64,000 bases of DNA from Takakia lepidozioides (GCA_030704615.1 CM060733.1:27900001-27964000); one strand, 5' to 3'. Counted from the first letter of the stretch, positions 1 through 12,690 are shown. Made by a program: numbers and translations. The notes: generated by a model from the letters alone, not told the origin.

Positions 1-1190
1 ATCTCTGTTAAAGTCACCAGCTAGGATGATGTGGTGGTGTTGGTAATCTGGATGATTAATTGTGTGGGTGATAGTGTGTAGTATGTCAGGTATGAGGGGG
101 AGGTGGCCTGTATGAGAAGGCATATATAAGTGTATGAGAGTGATGGGGCATAGTGCCGGTGGGTGTAGCTGGATTATTTGAAGGTGGGATCGGATGGGGA
201 TAGGGACGGTTATCTTGGTAGTAGTGCTGGGAGAGTGGTGTGTACGAAGGATGTTGGTAGTAAGGGAGCCCACGTTCCATGAAGTGATAGTAAGTGCCTT
301 GAAGCAAGCCTCTGGGGTGGTGGGAGTGTGGTGTGGGGGTGGGGGGGGGGTGGGCAGGTGAGGGCTCCTCAGTATGGGATCTAACAGTTGGGGATCATAG
401 CCGGGTATCGGGGTAACTGCGTTAAGTGTGGCGGCCAGGATATCCGTGGAGAGGAAGGGGAATTTGTTAATGAGCTAGTGGTCTTGGTCGGGTGTGGTGA
501 CCGTTGCTAGGTGGTCCCCTAGGATATTATGTACAACCCCGGTTTGAGAGTCTAAACGTTTGAGGGAGTTCTGGATCTCGGATAAGCAGTGGGGGGGGGG
601 CCAAATATTGGTGGGGACACGAAGGTAGCTCTTTTAATTGACGTAGGGGGGATCTGACTTGGGAGATTGAGTGTAAGTAAAGATATCCATTACATATTTC
701 TGGGAGAGGGGAGATGATGACGACAAGGGAGAAAATGAGCTGTGATGCGGTAAAAATGGCCTGGAGAAAATACCGGAAATGGGTTGGTTGGGAAATCTTT
801 TTGGAGTACCTTAACGGCCATCTTACTAGGGTAGGGATTGACATGGGTAGTGGCACATTATAAAGGTGTGGATAGCATGAGTCAGCATAGGCTGGGTATG
901 GGAGGTAAAATAAAATTGGAGTAGCGGTTTGGCCGGTAGAGCATAATATTGTATAGAGGGAGTGTTCATATGGGGTATAGTGTACATATGGCGTATTGTA
1001 TGAAGGTACCATAATTGAGATGTGGGTTGGGTTGGGGTTTTCAAAGTGGATACTGGATGTAAATTAGGCGTCCGGTGCGGATGAATGATCACGGATGAAG
1101 GATCAAGTGGATTATGGATCAAGTGACGGTTAAGTATTGCCACATGGCGAGAGCGGGAGGGTCTGGTTGAGGTTAGTTTCCATATAAAAA
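1..1190 (-). mobile_element. Non-LTR retrotransposon (LINE) 5' coding fragment with AP-endonuclease domain, degenerate; runs off the window start
   Basis: Minus-strand translation of ~135-2 gives LYMPSHTGHLPLIPDILHTITHTINHPDYQHHHIILAGDFNRD, containing the APE 'Y.P' and 'IILAGDFN' motifs. The H/P/T-rich composition resembles the LINE at 39656-42396. The right boundary is approximate. Confidence 0.7.
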
Positions 1191-1689
1191 GTTAGTTGTG
1201 GCGCTAGGTTTTTTTTTTCCCCGGGCCAAATCGACTTTTATGGACCTCATGCATTGTGATATGCCATTCGGCAGTCCGGAATGCAATTTCCATTTGTCAT
1301 AGTTCAGAGCTTGGGTGGGGTCTTCAGGGTTTTATTTTTCTAATATATGGTGTCTTGCCCCGAGGAGTCCGGCTTCCCTGTGGCTGGGTTGGCGGCATTA
1401 CGGGAGTGTGGAAAGTCACTACAGCTTAAACTGAACCGTTTAGCTTGTGTCGTAGCTCCAGTTCCTTCGGCTAGTGTCACATGAGCTTCAACTCGTAGTT
1501 CCAATCTAATGGGCAGGGGAGCTTTTCTAAGTAGGTCGCACATTGGTGGTGTGCACGAGTGCAGGGAGGCCTCATGGTGTTGGTGTTGGCAACTCGACAT
1601 ACATTTACACTGCCCATACTCTCCCCTAGTAAGTTTCGATTTTGCTTACGCCATTGTTTGCCTACCAGCGGTTGTGTTAGGGTGACATT

Positions 1690-1955
1690 TGGTACAACTG
1701 CAGCAGAATCTTCAAGCATCGTATTCCACGACACCGTATCTCGTTCAACCATAGCATCAAACACTCCCTTTGCATCCTCAATGCACCCACATTTTGTATA
1801 CATGTCCACCAGGATATTGTTCAAAATGACAGTTGGTACAATTCCAGCTCTGAAAATGTCACCATGGACCTCTATGCCCTTTTCCAGATCTGCCAGGGCA
1901 ATGTGCAGAATGACATTTGGAACAACTACGGCTTTGATGATGTCATCAGGTATAG
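1690..1955 (-). pseudogene. PLS-class PPR gene fragments
   Basis: Translates to ..[57 protein letters not shown] (L/S/P motifs); truncated and rearranged. Confidence 0.85.
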
Positions 1956-2027
1956 CTTTGTGGGTGTAAAATATATCAAAATATGGTGTTTGAGTGTTGG
2001 GGATGGAGAGGAAACCAACCTAATAGA

Positions 2028-2470
2028 GGTGAGGAGAAGCTTTGGGGTGAACACTTTCCGACCCCAGTCACGGTGGGACAATGGAGACAAAAAGGTGAAT
2101 GCCTGTTGGATTACAGAGAGAAGCAGATGCATTTCAGATTGTGATAAGTAGGGTTGGGGTGTTTTGGGGAAGAACTCCACATCAGTATGGTTGGGATGTT
2201 TGCTGGTAGAATTCTAGGCTGTCAAAGGCATGGATAGCTGAAGGAGCAGGGATAGAGTGTGGGTCCAGATTCATCCAAGAGGGCTGGATTTCAAGCTCCA
2301 CATTACCTATGATTCCCTATGGAAGGATAGCTACAAGAAACCTACATGGGTAGATGGTCAACTGGAAGCCGCCGCAGCAACAGCACAATTGATCAAAGGC
2401 ACTGTTAATCAAGGCACATTCTTCAACACATTTCACCCTGTTTTTCCCTCTGATCAGAATTGGCCGTATC
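2028..2470 (+). pseudogene. Intron-split OSB-type PDF-motif module of the local PPR family
   Basis: EEKLWGEHF..PS.WWDNGDKK (1-nt indel), GT-AG intron 2095-2268, then IHPRGLDFKLHITYDSLWKDSYKKPTWVDGQLEA. Matches the OSB consensus W..FF.NP.EWWDNR..K.NP..PDFKHK.T..ALW...P.WV...L. Confidence 0.7.
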
Positions 2471-2949
2471 CAGAAGTATTGCTCTGTTTAACAGGGTCCT
2501 TGATTCAGCTAGTAGCAACAGAACAAACTAGTACAACAACAATTCAGCCCAGGTGTGGGCTTGCTTATTTTTTTGCTTACTGGGCCTTTTTAGGCATGAA
2601 TTTTTGGACCTTGTGGCCTTTGAGGTGTCCATTGGGACATTGGTCTCATTTGGATTTTTGTAATATAATTCACAGGGCGTGTATTCCCCTGTAGTCGTCT
2701 ATTTTCATTGTCTTGTGGTTGCTAGTATGCAGGAGGGGCATTCTGTTTTTATATCGGAATTTCACCATGTAATGAAAAATTTAAATCATTTAATTTATTT
2801 TATTTTTTATAATATTATTAAATTAAACAATACTACCATTTAATATAAAAAATCAAGCTGCTATTCCCCTGTTTTTTAAAATATAAATATAAATTTAAGA
2901 ATTTAAAATTACAAATATAAACTATTAAATTATTTTCAAAGAACATTCT

Positions 2950-3380
2950 TGATGACACGTGGCATAAACCCTGCTCGAACTAGAACACGTGGCATTATAT
3001 GACACGACATTCTTTTATCCATATTTTCACCACGTGTAAAGATAAGTAGTCATATATTCTGTCTAAGTGCCACATGTCCATCTGAAGTGCAACAGGTGTC
3101 GTGACGTATCGCCTGCGCAGTGGTGCACGTGTTACTCTAAAGCCTCTTCATGTAGGCAACGCTCAGCAGGCAATGTAGTCATAGAGTTGTGACTACATCC
3201 CTCTCTTATGGATGACTCATGCCACGCACGCAGTCACGGCTATGACTTGCAAAACGCAGTCCTAAAGACTAGTCGCTATGACAAGGTTTTTTTCACTACA
3301 GAGTGATGTAGTCATGAATGCATATAGGACTGAAAAAATAGTCATATGTGCAATCATAAAAACGCTCATCTGTTGTAGTG
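2950..3380 (-). mobile_element. CACTA (En/Spm) terminus with subterminal repeats
   Basis: ...CATCTGTTGTAGTG ends at 3380 (reverse complement CACTACAACAGAT), preceded by many GTAGTC/ATGACT/ACACGTG subterminal motifs. A similar end lies at 46519. Confidence 0.65.
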
Positions 3381-6095
3381 CAAGCTGTTATAATTTGATG
3401 AGTTGTTTCGTGTGCCATGTGCATATAGTGACCACTAGAAGAGAAACCGGCTTTTTCCACGGCTCTGCCATCTCACACCTGACACATTCCACGGCTTTTA
3501 TCACGGGTCTGTACACTGAGCCAAGGTGTGGGTCTAAATATGTGGCTTAGTTTACATGGCACATTACACACCTGTATGAAATGGGAACATACAATTATTT
3601 CCACTGATTGTGGTGTATGGGTTTAGTTAGTACTCCGCTGCAAACGAAATAAATCACGAACTTCGAAATCTGGTCTCAGAAATACAAAGAGATGGTCGCA
3701 CTACAATGTGTGACTCTCATGGCGTTCATGGGGGTTTTATTTTTTTCCCCATATAAAGTCCCATGCCACGGCCTCCCTATTTCATTTATTTATAAAAAAT
3801 AAAATAAAATAAAATAAAATAAAACTAGTTACATATCTCACCAACACCATAATTCCTGCATGTTAATTACGAAGTGTGGAATGGACCATACGGCGTGGAA
3901 AATGCACCGTGAGACCAGCCCCTAATGCCAAGTCACCACCGATGTGCTGGAAAAGACACAGGCATGATTTCCCTACGTGCGACTTGTCCATTGTCCACTT
4001 TGGCAGACAAGGTGGTTCCCGCACATTACCGAATGTCGTCTGCTTCCTTCATCTGCTTGCTTTGCACTCCAGTGGACTCTCTATCTCGGCAAAGCATTTC
4101 AAAGTGTGCAGGAATGCCTCCTCAATCGCAGGTGTGGAAACGGACCTCTCACTACCGCGAAGTCGAGCAGAAGCGTCTGCGAAACCAGCCAATTCTGGAT
4201 GAAATCATGGAGCACCGTTGCGCTTGGAATTGCGCATTCGATCTTCAAGTCAAAAAGTAGAAGGCAGCCCAAGAACGTGTACCAGGACAGAATGCCTGCG
4301 CAGAAAAAGCTATCATCGTCGTGCTCCACTGGTTGGGTCAGAGTGGCATCCACAAGAAGGAGCCTGTGGCCTACTTTTGGTGCCTTGCAAATTGCAATAA
4401 GAAGCTTCGATCTGTTGGCAAGAAGTACCCGTTGCTCCACGATTACTCCCTGTGGTACACATTGACTGGCCTTCCATGCCCTCTCGGATGAGCACGATGT
4501 CATGGTGATCATGGATCGAGGTGAGCGAGGATATACACAGTGTCATTGACATACACCGCAATGTAGATTCATGCACTGTAGCTTCCCGCAATCGTCTCAT
4601 GCATGACGTTTCTGCTTCAGTTTTCAGCGTTGGTACTTGTGGCCATGATGGTTTGGGGGTGAAGCAGTAGCAATGCAGAGACTATCCACATTTCAGCCTG
4701 CATACATTATCCTTTTGGGTTTTGCCTCAAGTTTAGGTACTTAACTGGCCTCTCCTGTCAAAAACTGAGTGTCCCCTGTACGATGTTCAGCTTGCCTCTT
4801 GTTATCTACTTCTCAGACCTTTCAACCATACTGCTTATGAATCTGTAATACTTTTGTTTCATGTGTGGTGCAACAACTTGGTAATGGGCGGTAAAATTAC
4901 AAGTGCACATGTGGTGATGTCCACATTCAAAACAAATAACAGCACATCTGGATGGTTGAAGGCATAGCGCCCATGAGCTTCCGGCTCTAGCAAGAAAGAG
5001 TTTTATTTTCGGAAGGACCAAATAATGTGGGGGGTTGCAAATCCATGCAAAGTACACACCCATAATGTGGACTGGTAATTTGTGTCTGTAACACATAATG
5101 GTCTCTGGATTGCTCACCTCAAGCCCCCCATACAAAGTATGTATGTTTTCAAAGAAAGGTCATCTCTACAATTCCAACTCGCAATCATGACAAAGCGGGG
5201 TGGTACATGCAGAGGGATGAAGCACCGAATCTCACAAACATGAGAAACAAAGAGAAATCACAAATCAAAAGATCAACTTTGGCTATATATGAATCTGGAA
5301 TCTCCATGATTCTGAATTCATGGGTTTTGAGGTGCCACAGACCTTCTTGTGATTCATGAACATTCTCCTCTACCATTGAGCAATGATAGAAACCTCATCC
5401 CTGTCATAGTGAGGGTTTTTAAACAAGCCAAAAATAGAGTAACCAACACACGAGCCCTCTCTATGAGTAAGTCAAAGCCATCATAAATAGGGCCACATAT
5501 TGTCATGTGCGGAGGAATTGAACCTGTAGCCAACTGAATGGCTCTGCCCCATGCACTACATGTGACCTGCAAGCACACAATAAAAAAAGTGGGGGTTTAC
5601 GAACTTGCCAAATCCCAAGCATGAACAGAGGGGTCCCATTAGTGGGGAAGACATGTGAATCACCATCCACAGTTGCAATGCCCATCAGATCCAACATGTG
5701 ACTTGCTGTGCAGATTGTCCCCCGACTGCACCAAACCAGAACAAACATCATAAAGAAGTACATCCCCAACACATTGCACCCAACCCCCACAATCTGAACA
5801 CAGGGAAAATAGAAAGCATGCTTTAGGAAAAAGAACAAGTGGAGTGGGGGAGTTGGCCGCTAGCTGAAGCACATGGTGTCCTGTAATTTGGCAAGCATTT
5901 TGTACAATTGATTGTTCAGCGTGAGTAATAGAGAGGGGGAGGGAGGAGCAGGGGCATCAGAATTCAGTTCATAGCTAGAGAGTAAGTAAGGCATGGATGT
6001 GGGAAGGGGGAGAGATAGTAGAGAGGTGGAGTAACAATTGAAGCAACATGACGCTATTGCCCTTTTACCAGGAATCATCTTCCTCGCTGCTACAT

Positions 6096-6490
6096 TCACA
6101 GGGAAAATAACCGCAACAAGTGGATGCTGCAGCACAGGATGTCCTGTGATTTGGGACTCAAAATGCCCTCATCAGTAATACGAACCAAAGCACCCAAACG
6201 CTTACAAGGATTGTGACCCTTTCCACTTAAACCCCTCTTCTCATGGTCAGTGTTGCAATCCTCACTATCTTGGTGCCATGGTTCGCCCCTTCGTGGGGGC
6301 CTCATCATAGCAATAGTAGCCATCTCAGCTTCGGTAAGGGTCGTTGAAGGTCCAAATTTTGTGTTGGGATTCACATCCTCCAATGCCTCCGCCACTTGCA
6401 TCCTTACGCATGGCTCATTCTCACCCAAGCTGACACCAGTGACATCATGTACCACGCGCCGTGAGCGCGGCTCCTTCTGAAGAAGACCAA
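6096..6490 (-). pseudogene. CACTA TnpA-like C-terminal domain fragment
   Basis: VTGVSLGENEPCVRMQVAEALEDVNPNTKFGPSTTLTEAE resembles the 'G.PLG....RV.V..V...' C-terminal domain of CACTA accessory proteins; compare 43648-43930. Confidence 0.4.
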
Positions 6491-8203
6491 TGCGGATGTG
6501 TTCTTGCAACCTCTGGTGGATGAGCTGGCCGTGTTGTGGGAAGGTGTTAGGGCTAATGATGCATCTCGCAATGAAGGATCAAGGACCTTTGTCATGAGAG
6601 TCATTCTGATGTGGTCAATACATGACTATCCTGCATATGCCATGCTAGCAGGGTGTGCAGTTGGGGGCTACAAGGCTTGTCCTGTGTGCGGGCCCAATCT
6701 TGATGCTAGGCACTCCAGTGCACTGAGCAAAATGGTGTACCAGGGGCACAAATTTTTTTTACCAGCAGGCCATCCATATAGACGCAATCACAACCACTTC
6801 AATGGAGCCTCCGATCACAGACCACCCCCCCCCCCCCCCCCCCCCCCAAGTATCCACTGTGGATCAGCTCCAAAATGCGGAGGAAAACGAGAGGTTCATG
6901 GAAACATTCGGCAGACGTCGCCGGAATGTGTGCCCTGCCAAATCCCATGGCATGAAGCGAAGGTTGATCCTTTGGAACCTGCCATATTGGAAGGTGGGTA
7001 TGTCTTCATTGTTTGTATGTCGGCAGGGCTGATTTCATAGTTGCATGGATACAGTTGTAAGGATCATCACACACGACTTAGATTTCAGCCTAATGCAAAT
7101 TGCATGAAGCAAGTTTGGAGTCGCCTATGTATGGCACATGTAACAGCAATATGGTTGTTTCCATGAAAATGTCTGGCTTTTGTCTCTCAAGATACTGTCT
7201 GCAGCATGCAAGACTGGTTTCTTCCTTTTCCCATTATTAAGATGTCATCTCTTGGCTTTACCATCAACGTATACCATATTGATGGTGGTTCCATGATTGC
7301 AGGATTTGTTGATAGGGTATACCCTTGATGTTATGCACTGTGAAAAAAACATTTCTGAAAACATATTGCGCACCATATTGGGGGAAAAAGGACACAATAA
7401 AGAGCAGGAAGGACATGGAGAATGAGGGCATACGACCTCACTTATGGTTAAAACCCCACCCCGGAGATGGCAGGAAGTTGGTGAAGCCGCAGGCTCCTTA
7501 CGTGTTGAATCGACAGGAAACTACTACCTTCTATGCAACTTTGGGTGCTCCAAAGACACTGACAGGGTATGGTGTTTCATTTAAGAAGCATATTGCTAAA
7601 GAACAAGCTTTCACACATGAAGAGTCATGACTACCATCTACTGATGCAACAAGTTCTACCTTTGTGCATTCGAGGTTTGCTGGGCAAAGGTCCAAGGCTC
7701 GCAATCATGAAGCTATCTCGTGTATTTCGCGCATTGTGCATGAAAACAGTGGATCCCGAGGAACTACCAGCCCTGAAGGAGGATGTGGTTGTAACGCTTT
7801 GTTTGTTGGAGAAAGAGTTTTCCCCCTCATTCTTTGATCTCATGACCCACCTTGTGTTACACCTTGTGGATGAATTGGAGGTTTGTGGTCCTGTTAGTTC
7901 ACGTTGGATGTACCCCATCGAGAGGTACATGAAAAATTTGAAGGGATATGTGAAGAGCTATGCCCGGCCAGAAGGTTGCATGGCCAGCAGGTATTCTCTT
8001 GATGAGGCTCTTGGCCTCCTCACAGAGTACATGGCTGCATTTCCAGGAACTCGTAGAAGGGTCTGGGATTCCAACGAAAAATAAAGTGTTGCGGGAGAAG
8101 TATTAGAGGGCGAAGGAACTCCAAGGAAACTGTCGGCTGAGCTTCGGGCCAGTGCACACGACTATGTGCTTCACAACACGGCGTGCATGAGACCGTTTCT
8201 GAG
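6490..8203 (+). pseudogene. CACTA TnpD transposase (Transposase_21/DUF4218-type), spliced and frameshifted
   Basis: DVFLQPLVDELAVLWEGV; WSIHDYPAYAMLAG; YKACPVCG; LWNLPYWK then donor ~6993; acceptor ~7302; LDVMHCEKNI; MKSHDYHLLMQQ; FFDLMTHLVLHL; GPVSSRWMYPIER. Several frameshifts and a stop. Confidence 0.9.
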
Positions 8204-8399
8204 GTAAGTATACATCATTTATTTAGCTTCACATGCTAACTCTGGGGTATTTTTCCGGATACAAAATTCGCGCATTCTCAATTCTCACTCAGATTGATAA
8301 AATCAGGCACTGCTACTCAAGGCACCTTCTTCAACACATTTCACCCTGTTTCTTGTTTTCTCCTCTAATTTGAATCGGCCCTAAATTGGTGAGGGCACC

Positions 8400-9352
8400 T
8401 TTTCTTCAACCTGTTTCAGTCTGTTTTGCCCTCTCATCGCTGAACACCGCGGCTGGGTGCCGGCACTTGGATCTAGGGACAAGAGGGATGGTTTGGATGT
8501 GACTGAGGAACATCATGCTGAGCTGCGAAGGATTCGGAGGAGCATGAGTGTCAGCGCTTCCACGAGAAACGCAAGAGTGAGATGGCGCTAATAACCAACT
8601 TGCTCGGGCATCGCCAACCACACAAACCAGCATTGATAGGAGAGAGCAGGAGCACTTCGTTGAGTTATTTGACCTTCATTTAGGCGAGCCACTACATGGT
8701 AGGGACGACTCTGAAGGAATTGGGGAAGGTTCAAATTCTTCATTGTTGCAAGGGACAAGTGCGGAAGAGCCTGTGTTGGCCTTTGGGAGAGGAGAGGGGT
8801 CATCTGATTTAATAGATCTTGCAAATGATTTGTCGCCGCCAAATGGCCGGTTTCAGGTAGAGAGATTGTCTCTCTTTCCAGATGCCAGTGATGTTGCAGG
8901 GGGCAGAGGGGCCGGGAGCTCACAAGCACATATCTCACTCTTAGAGAGCTCTGAGCCTGGACCCATAAATGGCACCAGTGAACATGCAGGGCCTCAGTGG
9001 TTTTCTCGGTTTGGCAGGGAGGCTCTTCGGGACATGGGAGAAGGCTCTCTTCGTGGCAATGAGGACAAGATCCTTAGGTTAGAGGAGACTGCAATGCAAG
9101 TAGATCCGTCAGATCTGAGAAGAAGCGGGGCATTTAACAACAACAATAGTTCAGCGGAGCCTGAAGCTTCCTCCAATCTGCCAATGCGAGAAGGGATTGG
9201 GCAACCAGGTAGAAGCTTTCCGTCAATTGCCAACAGAAGGCTTGGATGCTCAGTAGTTCGGAGGTGCCCACACAGGCGCATTGGGTCGAGGTCAGGGTTG
9301 GATGGTAGGGTTGTGAGAAGGGACCTGGGTATGGTTCCTATGCAAACAGATG
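8400..9352 (+). other. Probable captured or orphan host exon encoding a long, low-complexity, disordered-type frame, fused to an inverted PPR fragment
   Basis: Frame is open from ~8582 to the abrupt junction with minus-strand PPR DNA at ~9353. S/G/E/R-rich, with no TE motifs. Confidence 0.4.
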
Positions 9353-10433
9353 AGTCCCTTTGCATCCTGGATGCTCCCACATTTAGCATACATGTTCATC
9401 AGGGCAGTGTTCAGAACGGCATCTGGTACATTCCAGCTTTGATGATGTCACCATGGACGTCTTTGCCCTTTTCGAGGGCTGCAAGGCTTGCACATGCATT
9501 GCAAATGCAAACGAACGTGATATGGTTGGGCTTCACCCCTTCCTGCATCATTTGCTCATAAGTCTCCAATGCATTCCTACCACACCCATGCTTGGTAAAT
9601 CCTGCAATCATTATACTTGGTGTGCATCCATGATGCTCCCACACTTAACATACATGTTGCCCACGGTGTTGTGTATAATAACATTGGGTTTGAATCCACT
9701 TTGGATAATGTGAGCGTGCACCTGCTTTCCAGCTTCCATGCCTTTCATCTTGGTGCACTTATACAAGAGACAGACGAAATTACTGAATCTGCTGAAATTT
9801 GTCCTTGATATAAAGTCTGTAGAGCCTCTTTCAATCGCCCTGCCTCACATAGCATCCTCACATGCCCAAAAGTGCTAGAAGAGGCAGTGTGAACTCCTCT
9901 TGGCCGTCTACCGGAAGCTATGGACATAGTGGAGGTGCCTGGATTGATCAACTGTGCCGCTGCTTCTGCCTCCACTTGACCATCTACCCATGCAGGTTTC
10001 TTGTAGCTATCGATCCACATGGAATCAAGAGTAATCTTGTGTTTGAAATCCTGCCCTCTTGGATGAATCTGGACCCACGCCCCATCCCTGCTCCTTCAGC
10101 TATCCTTGCCTCTCCACCAATCCTTTATAGATCCTCGCCTTACTACTAGCAGCTGACAATGACATCCTGGTTTGTTCTAGCCAACACCCCAACCTTACTT
10201 ATCACACACTAGTCCCTAGGCTGAATTGCTCCAAGACTTATAAAATGTGATGGAGAGAGATAGGGGATGACAATTTCCAATAAAGCTTTGTGATGCATCT
10301 TGTTGTCTGCTTCTCTCTGTAGTCTAACAGGTATTCACCTTTTGCCTCAATTGTCCCACCATTGACTGGGGTCCAACAAATATTCATTCCAACACTTCTC
10401 CTCGCCTCTGTTATCTGTTTTTGGATACTTCAT
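9353..10433 (-). pseudogene. OSB-PDF motif + PLS-PPR fusion gene, 5' part, degenerate
   Basis: MKYPKTDNRGEEKCWNEYLLDPSQWWDN*GK, GT-AG intron 10338-10069, then IHPRGQDFKHKITLDSMWIDSYKKPAWVDGQVEA. This continues in frame to VRMLCEAGRLKEALQTL and then PPR L/S/P motifs (GVKPNHITFVCICNACASLAALEKGKDVH). Confidence 0.8.
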
Positions 10434-11399
10434 GTTGCCACATTTGTAGTACTTTGTCAAAATCACGCCAAACCACCATAGATCCACCCAACAAACCATA
10501 ACTCCCAGAATTCAACATAAAATATTAGGGATGTCTCTGATACCAGGGCACAACAAGCTGAAATGTGACATGTGAAGAGTTGCTCTCACGACATTGTCCT
10601 TGACCTTGTATCATGAAAGTAGCTAGCTTTTATTGAGGATTCAACCGACCATCAACCAAAAGGACCTCTTGTGTGTGCTGCTCATGTCTGTAGTCAGGTT
10701 ATCTCAGATTGAGACCACCACAGTGTAGCTGGGTAGCCATAGACTTAAACATGGCATCCTAAGACCAAGCTGACTCTCACAAGTACCTCGTAAACACCAG
10801 GGAAACTACATAATCATGACAATGACAGGAAGAGCCAACACTTGCAGCACGGACAAATTTTAGAAAGCCACACCTTGCAGTTGCGGTTGACCCACTGTAG
10901 TGAAGGATCTCTAAAAACCTCACGCCAGCGCTGCTCCATGCTCCGCAGTAGTCCTTCATGCCCAAAACTCCCCAACATCAACATTTTGCCAAGTTCTTTA
11001 TGGAGGAGTGCTAGTAAGCTTTCAGTAACATTCATACAAGTTCATTGGACTCTAATGAGGACCGTCTCAACCCTCCCAAGTACCTTACAAACTCTAGGGA
11101 GAAGACCTTGGGCATCCTACTTTCATGCCCTGCTCAGAAGGAACAATCTCCTACGCTTAAAAGCAGTTTTTGCAGATCAAAGCGACATTCTAACCTCACT
11201 CAGTAGAATTCAAACCACAAAAACATGAGTAGACCAAGTTCACTCAAACTCCTTCACATCCTACATGAAGAAAGCGCACCTTGTCGACGACCCACCATTG
11301 TGAAGGATCTTGTAAACAGGCGAGGGGCCGCATTCGAATCGTCAGCTCCGCCATGTGGTGCGGACATGACGCGAAAAGCACGCAAGCATGATGATTGCG

Positions 11400-11728
11400 A
11401 TCACCCTATGGCCATACATGACTATGTGTCACATCCTGGTATGTGAGGCCGGCCGTCATCATGGGATGATTGCAACACATGAATAAACGGATTCATGTGA
11501 TACATGTATACGGCTGGGGACCGGGCGGGCCTGAGGGGCGCTGGGGGTGGAGGGGGTGGGACGGGGTGGCGCGGGGAGGGGGGTGATGGGGGGAGGGGGT
11601 CTGGGGCCGCGGGGACCGCGAGCCGTGCAGGAGCTGCGAAGTGGGTGCGTCCGGGGGCGTGGGGAGTGCCACGCAGGCAGGACCCTTGGGCTCGCATTAA
11701 ACTCCCGAGCCTTTTCTAATGTGCGCCA
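11400..11728. repeat. GC-rich dispersed repeat, copy 1 (copy 2 at 63585-63868)
   Basis: Shared G-rich body and shared right end CTCGCATTAAACTCCCG(A/G)GCCTTTTCTAATGTGCGCC. Confidence 0.8.
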
Positions 11729-12202
11729 TCTTGTAGCACTGGTGCCCCTCCCCAGTCGCAAAGTCTGTTACGACTAGTTTTGCAGTCATAAGTGCAGTCG
11801 TTTTGGACAGACTTCCTATTGGTCGTGGCTTCTAGACGTAGTTGTCTCTCCTAGAATTATTTAGGGTTGTGAGTTTTGAGATCCCTGTTTCTTGATGGCC
11901 GGAGAAATTTTTAGAACCCATATAGACATCTTCCCTCCGATGCATGATTGGGGTTAGATATGCAACAACATCCAAGATTTATCGGTACATTTGCTTGTTT
12001 ATAACCACTCGAACTTCAAGCCATATTTCAACTTACAATCTTCTTGACAAGGCTATGAAATCCTCCCCCATAGAGGTTGCCAAATAATTTGTGCCCTCAT
12101 AAAACCGTGAGTCTCAAGCAGCACATTTTAAGACCTATATATATTCGCAGCCCGGGTCTTCATGTTTTGAATGACGTTGCGTGTAATCCATTGCATCCTT
12201 AG

Positions 12203-12452
12203 CAGAGTTTTTCTTTTTTAATTCGGAAAATAGCACGAGTGGCTACATGGTTTTGCAGAATTAGGCATATATTCTGTTCATCCATTCAAATTAGGACAGA
12301 ATCATCCACATCCATACTTTCATCCATATTTGGCGAATTCATCCATAATGATTTGTTTTTGGGAGAAATTTGGCGATTTAATTTGCTACAGAATATTCTT
12401 TTCTATTTTTTGAGGTCGCCATTTGGCGAAAATTCGCCAAAAAAAAATGCTG
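12203..12452. mobile_element. hAT-type MITE (250 bp)
   Basis: CAG..TTTTT / AAAAATGCTG ends with a perfect 8-bp TSD ATCCTTAG (12195-12202 and 12453-12460). A related copy lies inverted at 22607-22873. Confidence 0.85.
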
Positions 12453-12509
12453 ATCCTTAGCGCCACAAATCTAGAATGGCTGGAAATTCCATGTCATGTG
12501 GAGAGACTC

Positions 12510-12690
12510 AGTGGTGTTTTTTGACAGGTCAACCTACCTTCCTTGTGACAAGTTAATTTTTTTTTACCTTCACTATGACAGTCAACTTTGAAAAAATGCC
12601 TTTCACATGTTGACAGATTTTATGATTCTTCACACAACCATATCATACTAATTTATAAATTAAAAAAATGTGAACTTCTTACAATTAGCT
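12510..12690. repeat. Dispersed TGACAG-rich repeat (TE subterminal piece), also at 21736-21965, related to 23105-23245
   Basis: Alignable sequence GTGTT..TTTTGACAGGT..CCTACCTT..TTGTGACA..GTGAACTTCTTACAA in both copies. Confidence 0.6.

Larger units (their letters stand above)
3433..8210. mobile_element. CACTA transposon remnant (rearranged)
   Basis: Starts CACTAGAAGAGAAACCGGCTTTTTCCACGGCTCT, identical to 42397. Contains TnpD-like pieces on + and a TnpA-like C-terminal piece on -. Confidence 0.75.

Noticed and set aside
8743-9561. 272-aa ORF as an intact gene
   Set aside because: Its 3' part is the antisense of a PPR fragment, and it lacks a credible start and end.
10560-11300. Coding-like ORFs on both strands
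   Set aside because: Short, overlapping, and no family could be recognised.
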